From Candidatus Tayloriibacteriota bacterium (GTDB lineage Bacteria > Patescibacteriota > Minisyncoccia > Phycocordibacterales > PALSA-1337): a stretch of DNA of 32,263 nt. Below the pieces are notes generated by a model. It ran no database searches and was not told where the DNA came from. It saw only the letters and a program-made list of their open reading frames with translations. Made by a program: the position numbers and the translations under genes. Below are positions 17,188 through 26,051 of this stretch, piece by piece (the stretch's first letter is position 1; each line of letters starts with the position of its first letter). The stretch lies in assembly GCA_043742445.1 (NCBI GenBank), contig JAYTYJ010000008.1, forward strand, positions 1 to 32,263, read 5' to 3'.

Positions 17188-17217
17188 TTGGACATCCATC
17201 CGTAGGCAAGGTATACT
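17188..17217 (+). promoter_or_regulatory. promoter TTGGAC-18 nt-TATACT; contains copy 1 of a 21-bp repeat
   Basis: TATACT at 17212-17217 is 6 nt before the ATG at 17224. The -35 box and spacer are formed by TTGGACATCCATCCGTAGGCA (17188-17208). Confidence 0.55.
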
Positions 17218-17223
17218 TTTTGT

Positions 17224-18348
17224 ATGAGCATTAAAAATAAATTATATTTTGTAATCGTTTGTTTATTTGTTTGTGCAGTGCTGGTGGGTACTTTTGTTGT
17301 TTATAATAAATCAGCAATTGTTTCTTCTATCAACAATTCGATTGTTTCTGTAAATAATTTAGCGGACGCTGATAAAGCTGATCCAAATGATCTTAATTCA
17401 GCATACAAACAAGCTTCTCTCGAAGAATATCAGCCTGGTTCAAATGGTACCTTTGGAGTATCGTATATATCACTTCCAGGAAAGCCAGCTTTGCAGGCAC
17501 TTAGTAAGTGTACTCCATCCTACGGTATTACACCTGAAGGCATCAAGTTAGACGAGACCAAAGCTAAAACCCTTATCCCTATAATGGACCTGAACCAAAA
17601 AATAGCTATTGCTCAAGGTTCAGTTTCTTTTGCAGAAAGTAGAATATCTTCGCTTGAAAAAACTATAGAGGCGCTCAATAACGCCATACTTTACAGCTCT
17701 TTTTCTGGATGGCTTGTTCCAACTGGTGTTGTCGAACCAGTACCTTTTGATTCTTTATCTGGAATTCAGACGAAATGTGGCGATGCCCGATGGGGGAAAG
17801 ATCCGGTTATACTTATAGGAAACAATGTGTTGAAAAACTACTCAGGTCTTGTTGATGATCCTAAAGGAAAAAATAAGATCAAAGCCGCACTCGCACTCTG
17901 GAATAAATATTTGGAAAATAATGGTCTTAACCCTATTGATACAGCTAAAGCCTATTTTATGTCGGATGATTTTGACATTCTTGATCCTTCAGACAAAAAA
18001 AGTAATCCAGTTGGATTACCTATATCTATAGGTATATCTATAAGTTTCAATCATGACTGTCTTAAGATCCATGAGCCATCTTCATCAAAAGGCCATGAGG
18101 ATGAGGTTTGTTTCGAAAATGGTAAGAAGGTTGTGGAAAATATGATTGATAGTGTTAAGTCAGCTGTTCTCAAGAAAATAGCTTTCTATGAAGACCAAAA
18201 GAAAACTTTCGAAGATAAGGTAAAATCTCTTACTAAAGAAAGAGACCAACAGGCAGACAAATATCGAACAACGCTCTATCTTAAAGGTCCTTTTGATAAG
18301 TTACCCGCGACCCCATCAAAGCCGGGCAGTTACTCCGGATTGAGGTGA
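17224..18348 (+). CDS. hypothetical membrane-anchored secreted protein (374 aa)
   Basis: N-terminal signal anchor LYFVIVCLFVCAVLVGTFVVY. Four Cys residues in the ectodomain and a coiled-coil-like C-terminus. I recognise no family. Confidence 0.8.
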   Translation: MSIKNKLYFVIVCLFVCAVLVGTFVVYNKSAIVSSINNSIVSVNNLADADKADPNDLNSAYKQASLEEYQPGSNGTFGVSYISLPGKPALQALSKCTPSYGITPEGIKLDETKAKTLIPIMDLNQKIAIAQGSVSFAESRISSLEKTIEALNNAILYSSFSGWLVPTGVVEPVPFDSLSGIQTKCGDARWGKDPVILIGNNVLKNYSGLVDDPKGKNKIKAALALWNKYLENNGLNPIDTAKAYFMSDDFDILDPSDKKSNPVGLPISIGISISFNHDCLKIHEPSSSKGHEDEVCFENGKKVVENMIDSVKSAVLKKIAFYEDQKKTFEDKVKSLTKERDQQADKYRTTLYLKGPFDKLPATPSKPGSYSGLR

Positions 18349-18376
18349 TCGATCATGTGGTCATTATCTTCGGACG

Positions 18377-18397
18377 TTGGACATCCATCCGTAGGCA
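18377..18397 (+). repeat. copy 2 of the 21-bp repeat TTGGACATCCATCCGTAGGCA
   Basis: Identical to 17188-17208. It lies in the intergenic region upstream of the Cys-rich protein gene. Confidence 0.8.
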
Positions 18398-18625
18398 GAA
18401 TTTTAGGGCAGAGACTTCTATTTGTATCCTTATTCAAAGATTATTTACTCACATTTATGGTATTATATGTCCATGGGAGACCTTAAATATCCGGGACATG
18501 TACAGAACCTCCCTGAGCTACCTTCTCAAAATACTGAACTACAGTAAGAGAATAAAAAATTCTGGGTCAGAATAATTTTTTCTCTGATTTTTCTTGTTTT
18601 TATTATTTTCCTTGTATGGCAATTT

Positions 18626-20176
18626 TTGGTTCCAGTTTCACACCAAAAGAACAAAATGATGCAAGACAAGAATTCAATATCCGACACCTCATTAAGTATT
18701 GCCCATATTGATAATCCAAAATCGAACTTTCAATACTTCCAGTTTTTATTGCCGACACCTGAGAAGAACATTATTCAGTGCGAGAAATATAACTCATATG
18801 AATTAAGTTTTCAATGCTACCAGTCATTAGCGGTGCTTCATAAAGATGTAAAATATTGCGAAAGCATCAAACGGAGTTTTGAGACTGGCTCAATGCATAA
18901 AGATCATTGCTATGATCTGGTGGCAAGAGAGTTACAAAATGTCGATTTATGTCAAAATATTGGAAACAAAAATGCTTTATCCGCTCCCTACGCTGATTGT
19001 GTAGCTTCAATTAAAAAAACTGTATTGGCCTGTCCTCCCTTGGAACCGCCTCATTATTATAATGGATCATACTCGTGTTATTTGGAAGCTGCAGTCGCAA
19101 AAATGGATTTATCTGTATGCGATAAATTCGGAAGCGATAATGAATCAAAAATGACATGCTACGAGAGTGTTGCTGAAACAAAAAAAGACGCTTCTATTTG
19201 TGAGCTCGGTTCATCAACGGGCGAACAAAGAGATAGTTGTTATTCAAAGTTATTTTTTTCTTCAGACAATCAGAACGAATCCTTATGCGAGAAAATTACC
19301 AATACTGAACTAAAAAATAGATGCCACAAGGTAAAAAGACGTCAGCTTATAGCTCACAATAACGATATCAAAGCATGTAATGATTTTGCCTCTAAAGAGG
19401 ATAAGGGAGCGTGTTTTTATGAAATTGCAGAAGCTCAAAACAACCCTGCGTTATGCGAACGGATCGAGAGCGACGAGCTCGCGGTAAATCAGTGTGTTAT
19501 CCAGTCGTCTCCAGCGATCTCCAATCCTTCAATTTGTGAGACGTTAAAGGACACTCATTATGATCAATCTGACAGATACCTTTGTTATTTTCAATATGCT
19601 ACTGTAAATCAAAAACCTGAAATTTGTGAGAAAATGAATGTACCTGACTCACTATACGGCTGTCTCGATGCTGTCATAGGGGGAAGACTCCCAAAATTGG
19701 CATCCTTCTTTTCTAAGTATGAATACGTTCCGTTCAACAAGTTTTTTATATCTTCCATAAAAAACTCATCTAGAGTTTCCAGACTATATTTTGGTGCTAC
19801 AGAGGAAAAAGTAGCGAATTCGCCGGGGGTAGCTTTTACTTTATCGGGTAAGTCATTTACAGCAACAGCTACATTTTCAATGGCGCTGTCACCTGAAGCG
19901 ATAGATTATAAGCTCGGCTCGCTACTACAGGACATAAAATTAAAACTTGACCCATATGGATATATTTCGCCTCAGGGCGAAGAAGGTCTCGGTAACAAAT
20001 TCGAAACTAAAAGTAGTCTGTGGTATAAACCAGCATTTTTTGAGAAATCTGATAAAAAAAAGTGGCAGTTTTATCAAATCACTGACCTTTATATTTCTGT
20101 AATAGAGATGGAAGTTTATTATGATTCAATGGTACATGTAGAAGTATTTGAATCTGATCCAATAAAAATCGAATAA
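18626..20176 (+). CDS. cysteine-rich repeat protein (about 11 two-Cys repeats plus a Cys-free C-terminal domain); 5' end problematic
   Basis: The tracked ORF starts at TTG 18626; an in-frame ATG is at 18656. The same frame is open back to a TAA at 18545-18547. There it encodes KKFWVRIIFSLIFLVFIIFLVWQF, a signal anchor, with no canonical start codon. Upstream of that TAA, still in frame, an ATG at 18473 has TATTAT exactly 6 nt before it. Confidence 0.75.
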   Translation: MVPVSHQKNKMMQDKNSISDTSLSIAHIDNPKSNFQYFQFLLPTPEKNIIQCEKYNSYELSFQCYQSLAVLHKDVKYCESIKRSFETGSMHKDHCYDLVARELQNVDLCQNIGNKNALSAPYADCVASIKKTVLACPPLEPPHYYNGSYSCYLEAAVAKMDLSVCDKFGSDNESKMTCYESVAETKKDASICELGSSTGEQRDSCYSKLFFSSDNQNESLCEKITNTELKNRCHKVKRRQLIAHNNDIKACNDFASKEDKGACFYEIAEAQNNPALCERIESDELAVNQCVIQSSPAISNPSICETLKDTHYDQSDRYLCYFQYATVNQKPEICEKMNVPDSLYGCLDAVIGGRLPKLASFFSKYEYVPFNKFFISSIKNSSRVSRLYFGATEEKVANSPGVAFTLSGKSFTATATFSMALSPEAIDYKLGSLLQDIKLKLDPYGYISPQGEEGLGNKFETKSSLWYKPAFFEKSDKKKWQFYQITDLYISVIEMEVYYDSMVHVEVFESDPIKIE

Positions 20177-20268
20177 TTTAAATTGAAAATCTTTATGCTG
20201 GCATTTTTCAATCATGCTCACCCAAAAGTAGTTAACACACAAAAGAAAGAGAAACCCCAGTATTATTT

Positions 20269-21333
20269 TTAGTTATTCAGCAGCGAGACAAAAAAAGTAG
20301 TGCCCATGTTCTCTTTAGATTCAAAACGAAGTTTGCCCCCATGACCTTCTACAATTGCTTTTACTACATATAGTCCGAGACCGGTTCCGTCGGTTTCTTT
20401 GGTTTGAACATTTTCAGCTCTAAAAAACTTCTCAAACATACGCCCCTGATCCTTTGTAGGAATACCAAGACCGGTGTCGGAAATTGAAAAAGTTGTGTAT
20501 TGCTTGTCAGAAGAATCCGCTTTGATGTGTACTTCATCACCTTCATGAGAATATTTAACCGCATTAGAAAGTAAGTTGCCGAAAACCTGCCTGATTTTAT
20601 CAGAATCTACCTGTAAGTTAAGAGTTTTAGGAAAATCTGTATCACGAATGATTTTTACTTTATGTTTTTCAGCAAGTCCGATTAAGTCGGTTGCGAGTGA
20701 ATCGAGTATGGGCGCAATATCTGTTGTCTTTTTTGTAATTATGAATTTCGTGCCTCCAGCTTCAATTCGAGAAACATTCAGAAGATCTTCAACCAGTTTT
20801 ATCATCCGTTCGTTACTATCACTGATCTGAGTCAAGAAATCTTTTTGATCAGCGGTTACTTCTCCCGCTTTGCCGCGAAGCATCAAGTCCACAAACCATT
20901 TGATGCCTGTAAGGGGTGTGCGGAGTTGATGAGAAGCTAGGGAAACGAATTCAGATTTCATCGTATCAATCTCTTCCCGTTCAAGTGTTGCGCTCATCCA
21001 TGCACCCATCAAGCGAACAAAGTCTTTGTCGCTTTCAGTAAATGTTGGGCGATGTGGGTCTGGGTCGAGGAAGGTCAGTGTGCCAAATAATGACCCGTGC
21101 ACTTTAATAGGAACACCTATGTAAGACTCCAGTTTAAATTTTGTATAGCATACATGTGCTTTATATTCTGATATGCTCATGGCACTGATTGCGACAACGT
21201 CATCAGCTTTTACGGTAATATCGCAGTATGTTTCCGCGAGCTTGAACACATCTTCTTCATGCACGGTATCGGGAGGAGTGACAGCATAGAGAACAGTAAA
21301 TGTACCGTCTTCAATATGGTTAAGCATTGCCAT
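20269..21333 (-). CDS. histidine kinase core (partial GAF + HisKA + HATPase_c)
   Basis: H box SHQLRTPLT, N box LLSNAVKYS, G boxes DTGLGI and GTGLGLYVVK. The N-terminal ~120 aa is GAF-like. No TM segment. Confidence 0.9.
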   Translation of the reverse strand: MAMLNHIEDGTFTVLYAVTPPDTVHEEDVFKLAETYCDITVKADDVVAISAMSISEYKAHVCYTKFKLESYIGVPIKVHGSLFGTLTFLDPDPHRPTFTESDKDFVRLMGAWMSATLEREEIDTMKSEFVSLASHQLRTPLTGIKWFVDLMLRGKAGEVTADQKDFLTQISDSNERMIKLVEDLLNVSRIEAGGTKFIITKKTTDIAPILDSLATDLIGLAEKHKVKIIRDTDFPKTLNLQVDSDKIRQVFGNLLSNAVKYSHEGDEVHIKADSSDKQYTTFSISDTGLGIPTKDQGRMFEKFFRAENVQTKETDGTGLGLYVVKAIVEGHGGKLRFESKENMGTTFFVSLLNN

Positions 21334-21381
21334 CTTGGTGTAGAGAGTTTCATTTCCTGTTTTAAGGGCAGCCCTGAATTG

Positions 21382-22167
21382 TTAAGGAATTGTAACTTCT
21401 TTCCGTGTACTGATTTCATAGAGCGAACGGAGGCGATTTCTTTGTTCCTCGGCTTCTTCTTCGCTTGTTTTTATGCGAGCAATGAAGCGATTGGTTTTCT
21501 TTGTAAAATACAGATAGAGAAAAAGAAGCAAAATGGTAGCACCTGCAATTATTGCCGGGACAGCCTTTTCAACAAAAATAATCTGCTTAAAGTGAGAAGC
21601 GGAGATATCTGTACCCACAAGCGCAACAGTTTTCCCAGTTACACGGTCAACAATGGGCGCAAAACCAGAAACCCAAGAGCCGAATGAATCTTTATAGGGT
21701 CCTTCCGTAACCCCTTTTTGATTATGGAAAGCATCGAGTTGGATTTGGTCTGTGTCCTTGTAAATATCACCTGGAGCAGAGTAGCCCGCAGTACCAGGGA
21801 TCTCAGAGTCTACATAGAAAAAGAATTTTTTGTCGTCTCTATTACGGAGACCCATCAAATACACAAATCTTGTATCTGATTCTACTGCCTTAACATCCAC
21901 CATAATCTTCTTAAACTTTTGGTATTGCGAAGAATCGATATCCGCGGGCGTCCCTGTAAGCTGATCTATATCTACCATATCAATAGCGCGTGCTGTAATT
22001 TCTGAATGAGCGAGCAAATCGGCCCGCTCAGTTTCCTCGGCTTGTTTTCCTGTCCACACAGACACACATGTGCCAACAATCGCAACCACAACGATCACGA
22101 ATAGTATCCATTTTGTTTGTATGATTCCTTTCGTCTCCGCTTTTTCTAATAGAGGTTTATTGTCCAT
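21382..22167 (-). CDS. TM-Cache/PDC-like sensor-TM module (N-terminal part of the kinase)
   Basis: A TM helix, then a ~160-aa extracytoplasmic domain ending GSWVSGFAPIVDRVTGKTVALVGTDIS (typical Cache/PDC end), then a second TM helix and a coiled coil. It ends at a TAA that is in frame with the downstream kinase ORF. Confidence 0.8.
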   Translation of the reverse strand: MDNKPLLEKAETKGIIQTKWILFVIVVVAIVGTCVSVWTGKQAEETERADLLAHSEITARAIDMVDIDQLTGTPADIDSSQYQKFKKIMVDVKAVESDTRFVYLMGLRNRDDKKFFFYVDSEIPGTAGYSAPGDIYKDTDQIQLDAFHNQKGVTEGPYKDSFGSWVSGFAPIVDRVTGKTVALVGTDISASHFKQIIFVEKAVPAIIAGATILLLFLYLYFTKKTNRFIARIKTSEEEAEEQRNRLRSLYEISTRKEVTIP

Positions 22168-22176
22168 AACAAATAT

Positions 22177-25100
22177 TTATTGCACCGTCTTTCTTTTCCT
22201 TGTCCCTATGTACAGAGCTCCAAAGATACAAGCGAGAACAGTGAGAAGCGTTGTTGGGAGGTCGACGTATGAGAGAACAACAGCTGCCATATTTTGTTTT
22301 ACTTCAAAAGTTTCAACTAGGGATGGCTTTGATTTTACTTTACTGCCCGGATCATAGGTAACTGCAAAGACACTGTGTTCTCCGGGTGAGAGCTCCACAT
22401 TTTGTTGGTCATGCTTATAATTCCACTCTCCTTTGGAATCCACATCAGTCGTATAGACGACGACTTGATCGGAATGGATAAAAAGCGCAACCTTTGAGCT
22501 TGGAATACCTTTGCCTGTAAACGTAATCGAGCCGCCGGCAACTGATTTATTCACAGCACTAATAACTGGTTTAACTATAACAGCCGATTCGCGAGCCTCC
22601 GAAAGATTTTTAACAGTTGTATTGGTAAACGCAACGGTCGCAGTAATCGGAACAACAGTCGTGACAATAACCTCTTTGGAACCACCTCTACCACCTTCCA
22701 CACTAACGCTTCCGCCACCCGATGATGCCGAAGAAGAAACGGGTGAGGCATTTACCGTAACCGTAGTATCTGAAGGTACCACGGGAAGCACGGGTAACAA
22801 TAGCGCGATACTATCAGAGACCTTACTTGCATTATCGCCAACACCAAAGCTTGTGTAATATTTTACATACACTGTATGTGTACCGTTTTCACATGTAGCA
22901 AGTCCTCCGCAGAGATTCCATGGAGAAGTTGAAGTATACGCCACAAGAGCAGCATCACCGAGATCTGCATGATTGGAAATTGCCATAAGGGCGGTATCGT
23001 CTCCGGCAGTAAGCGTCAATGTCACGTCTCTACTATCAGTGGTTACATTTCCACCATTTATTTTTATTTTAAATCCTCCTACTGGTGCAGTCGTCGGAAG
23101 CGTGCTCGTGTCAGGAAGTGTAAGGGTTATTTCTTCAGAAGTACTTATTGGAACTGAATTATTTACTGTCGTTACATGTGTCTTTGTGTTGAAGAACGCG
23201 ACAGGTGAAGTCATTTCATGTCCGAAGTCATCATACGCAGTTATCTTTGCATAATAGCGCGTGTTTGCTGTGAGTCCGGTAACGATTGTGCGATCCGTGC
23301 CAACGATGCTCATATCAGAATCTCGAAGCGGCCCCCATGTGTACACTGATGCTCCCGTACCAACAGTAACTTCTGCAAGGTTGGTTCCATAGGTGATTAT
23401 ATAGCGTGAGAAATGCAACTCTCCTCCAGCTGGTGACCAGTGCCAGAGAATATCATTTTCGTTTGAAGAAAGTCCTTCAAAATTTGCCAGGCCAAATGGA
23501 ATTCGAGTATCAACGGCAATAGGGTCACTTAAAGAATCATTTTGGGTCACGCTCGTATTTCCAAACGTATCGGTTGCTGTAATGCGGGCTTTTACATTTC
23601 CTTCAAATACGGGGAGATTTGTTCCGGCATTCCAGCTTATGGTATGCGTAGTCACCCCGTCAGCGTTTGTTACTTCTCCCAGGTCTCCTGCTCTGCCTGT
23701 TGTTGGAACAATCCATGTAAGGCCATTGTCACTTGAAAGCTCAAAAGAAATATGAACGGGCGCACTTGCATCTGCCACTTTGTAAGTAATATGAACAGTG
23801 TCAGCAGCACTTTGCTGTGATCCCTCGACTGATGTTACTACTGGTGCTTTTGTATCGATACGGAATGGACCAAAGGTTTCATTCATACTTCCAAGGAGTC
23901 CATCGGTTCCTTTCAAGCGAACATACACATTGCTTGAAGTATGTGGTAGATCAGCTTTGACATCCCAAACGAATGTATGCGGTGTGCCAGATATAGAACC
24001 AGCAAGTCCGCCAGTGCCACTACTGTCAGTATCAATATTTGTTTCGGTCATGGATTGTTCTTCTCCGTTCCATGCCCCTGTTTTTGAATACTCATATTTT
24101 GTCAAAGTTATAAAATTATTTTCTGGATCAGTTACCGTGTAGTTAATATCGACAAAATTATCATCATGTTTTTGAGATGCATTTGTTATATTAATTACCG
24201 GAGCATTATTGCCGCACTCAATATAGTTGGCATTGATCTGTGCCAATGATAGAGCTTCAAGAACGACACCTGCGGATACGCAACCGATAGAAGTAGAAAC
24301 TTGCGCAGGTGGAGCCACTACAATCGGTGCATTCAATGTGGCCGATACCGATCCGTCAATGTACAGTTTCAAATTAGAGCCATCGTACGTAAGAACAACA
24401 ATGTGATCGCCGACGGAAATATTTCCAGATGCTCCACCACTCGTAGTCAAAGTTGTTTGTTCGAGACTTGTATTTGTAACTTTCACTACCAGTCCATTAT
24501 CAGGTCCTTCTTCTAAGCTAAATAGTCCCGGAACAGAATAGAGAGCATGTCCCGGTGTTCCAGTGGTTTTAATAACAGTGTGTACTGAAAATGGAATTGG
24601 TACTACAGCAGGTGTCGTTACTGTTGTATTTGTAGTAAGAGAAGTGTTTTGATTTACATCAATAGAATTGGTGTCCGTGGTGGGTATTGATGGAGCTTCA
24701 ACTGATGTACTGGAAGTGGTGTTAGTCGTTATGGAAGCAATAGAATCTGTTACAGCAATCACCGAGGGGCTTTGCTCTGATGTAGTTGTCTGTATCGGAT
24801 TCGTATTTCCAGGGCTCATAATTGAAGCGATGGTAGTATGCTCTGCATAGTCTGCGGTCAAAGACAGAAGCGTTACATCGTGAGCGCAATCACTGGTAAA
24901 TCGAGCTTGGAAAGAGAGCGTGGCGACTCCTCCCACCGAAAGACTCGTAGGAAGACTGCTGATGTGATTGTTAATATCATGTGCCGTATTGTAATTATTT
25001 ATACTAGCAGTTGCCCAGGCACTTCCATTAAAATACTGCCATGTAATCCCGCTGTCAGTTGAAAGTTGGTATGCTATGTCGCCACCGTTCTTGTTTGCGA

Positions 25101-25884
25101 CTTCAGAAAAGGAAGTCCAGTGATCAAATGTTGCAACGACAAGCGGAGCAATCGGTTCAAGTGTTGCTGAACAAGAATTACCTTGAGCAAACGCGATATT
25201 TGGAGCAAAAATGGATTTCAAAGAATTTAAAATGAGTGGACTTGACGGTGCAACTGGCGCCGGAGTGGGCGCTGGTACTGACACTGGTTCGGGCGCAGGG
25301 ACTGGCGCCGATTCTATAATGGGTGCGGGTGGAGTCGGGGTTGTCGTTTCGGGCGTCGTAGGAGTTACGGTTGTTGAAGATGTATCGGGAGTGCTCACAG
25401 GCGGCACAATAGTATTTACAGGAACTTCTATGGTAGTCTGGGTTGCCTTAAAGACCACTGTTCCATCAACAACCTGAATCTTGGTCGGATCATAATGATA
25501 TGCGAGAGAATTATTGAAATCCCAGCTTGCAGTAGAAGCATAGCTTGCCCCCGGAAAAAGGGTCAGACCAAACAAAGCGATTGCTACCCAGAATACAAAA
25601 GCAAGCACCATTCCGCCGAGCACAGAGAGCGATACGATTCTGCGGAGGCGGTATGTTTTTATCGCGTTTTGGTCACCACCAGCGAAGAATTCCGGTTTGA
25701 TAAAGGCATATGCAGGAAGTGAGATGAAAAAGTTTGCAAGTTCGAGTAATAAAATAAAAAAGCCATAGAGAATTATCTTTGGCCCGTTGGTGTCTACTAG
25801 TTTTAATTTGTAAGAGTTGATAAATGCTGAAAAATGCAGCATGACATTCAGCCACTTTTCCTTCACCTCGTGATTTTTTTTCAT
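22177..25884 (-). CDS. giant surface protein (1235 aa) with Ig/FN3-like and LamG-like domains
   Basis: An N-terminal TM hairpin and a Pro/Thr/Ala-rich linker. A LamG-like stretch (HIVVLTYDGSNLKLYIDGS). An FN3-like stretch (WHWSPAGG..YIITYG..TGLTANTRYYAKITAYDDFGH). Several Ig-like repeats and a C-terminal TM helix with an RKRK tail. TATTTT lies 7 nt before the ATG. Confidence 0.9.
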   Translation of the reverse strand: MKKNHEVKEKWLNVMLHFSAFINSYKLKLVDTNGPKIILYGFFILLLELANFFISLPAYAFIKPEFFAGGDQNAIKTYRLRRIVSLSVLGGMVLAFVFWVAIALFGLTLFPGASYASTASWDFNNSLAYHYDPTKIQVVDGTVVFKATQTTIEVPVNTIVPPVSTPDTSSTTVTPTTPETTTPTPPAPIIESAPVPAPEPVSVPAPTPAPVAPSSPLILNSLKSIFAPNIAFAQGNSCSATLEPIAPLVVATFDHWTSFSEVANKNGGDIAYQLSTDSGITWQYFNGSAWATASINNYNTAHDINNHISSLPTSLSVGGVATLSFQARFTSDCAHDVTLLSLTADYAEHTTIASIMSPGNTNPIQTTTSEQSPSVIAVTDSIASITTNTTSSTSVEAPSIPTTDTNSIDVNQNTSLTTNTTVTTPAVVPIPFSVHTVIKTTGTPGHALYSVPGLFSLEEGPDNGLVVKVTNTSLEQTTLTTSGGASGNISVGDHIVVLTYDGSNLKLYIDGSVSATLNAPIVVAPPAQVSTSIGCVSAGVVLEALSLAQINANYIECGNNAPVINITNASQKHDDNFVDINYTVTDPENNFITLTKYEYSKTGAWNGEEQSMTETNIDTDSSGTGGLAGSISGTPHTFVWDVKADLPHTSSNVYVRLKGTDGLLGSMNETFGPFRIDTKAPVVTSVEGSQQSAADTVHITYKVADASAPVHISFELSSDNGLTWIVPTTGRAGDLGEVTNADGVTTHTISWNAGTNLPVFEGNVKARITATDTFGNTSVTQNDSLSDPIAVDTRIPFGLANFEGLSSNENDILWHWSPAGGELHFSRYIITYGTNLAEVTVGTGASVYTWGPLRDSDMSIVGTDRTIVTGLTANTRYYAKITAYDDFGHEMTSPVAFFNTKTHVTTVNNSVPISTSEEITLTLPDTSTLPTTAPVGGFKIKINGGNVTTDSRDVTLTLTAGDDTALMAISNHADLGDAALVAYTSTSPWNLCGGLATCENGTHTVYVKYYTSFGVGDNASKVSDSIALLLPVLPVVPSDTTVTVNASPVSSSASSGGGSVSVEGGRGGSKEVIVTTVVPITATVAFTNTTVKNLSEARESAVIVKPVISAVNKSVAGGSITFTGKGIPSSKVALFIHSDQVVVYTTDVDSKGEWNYKHDQQNVELSPGEHSVFAVTYDPGSKVKSKPSLVETFEVKQNMAAVVLSYVDLPTTLLTVLACIFGALYIGTRKRKTVQ

Positions 25885-26017
25885 ACTTTTTAAAATAAAA
25901 ATTAGTTCACGCGGGTTCTCGCATCGTCAAAGATCGAATGAAAATAATTTTACTAAATGTAAGTTAATAATGACCTAAGTATAAAACGTTTAGACCATAA
26001 ATGATAGTGTTAGTGTT

Positions 26018-26045
26018 TTGTTGTTGTCTTCATGTCTGTTATACT
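26018..26045 (+). promoter_or_regulatory. promoter candidate TTGTTG-16 nt-TATACT in leaderless geometry
   Basis: TATACT at 26040-26045 is 6 nt before the ATG at 26052. Confidence 0.45.
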
Positions 26046-26051
26046 TATCAC

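Noticed and set aside
16968-17231. An 87-aa minus-strand ORF with a faint likeness to a tyrosine-recombinase C-terminus (CLRTTSAT versus LRHTFAT, and LIGEGRKTRVF versus LLGHSxxxTTxxY).
   Set aside because: The spacing is off by several residues and the catalytic His and Tyr positions are not conserved. It overlaps the promoter and start of ORF 17224. The resemblance is too weak to call without a profile search.
18545-21384. The two in-frame TAA codons could indicate TAA reassignment or a dedicated suppressor, with the odd tRNA at 16024 as a candidate.
   Set aside because: TAA terminates many confident genes here (6249 ORF, ABC ATPase, permease, ung, MutY-like, DUF805). TGA (smpB, ftsH, mscL) and TAG (recG) are also used as stops. 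The odd tRNA reads ACU, not UUA, so it cannot decode UAA.
22511-25722. Many 60-115-aa plus-strand ORFs inside the giant gene.
   Set aside because: They are antisense shadows of a GC-richer, stop-poor 3.7-kb coding region. None has motifs or start signals.
26001-26051. The N-terminal extension MIVLVFCCCLHVCYTYH on the response regulator.
   Set aside because: It overlaps the -10 box. Receiver domains start like MKKIIVVEDE, and the extension is a hydrophobic translation of AT-rich promoter DNA.
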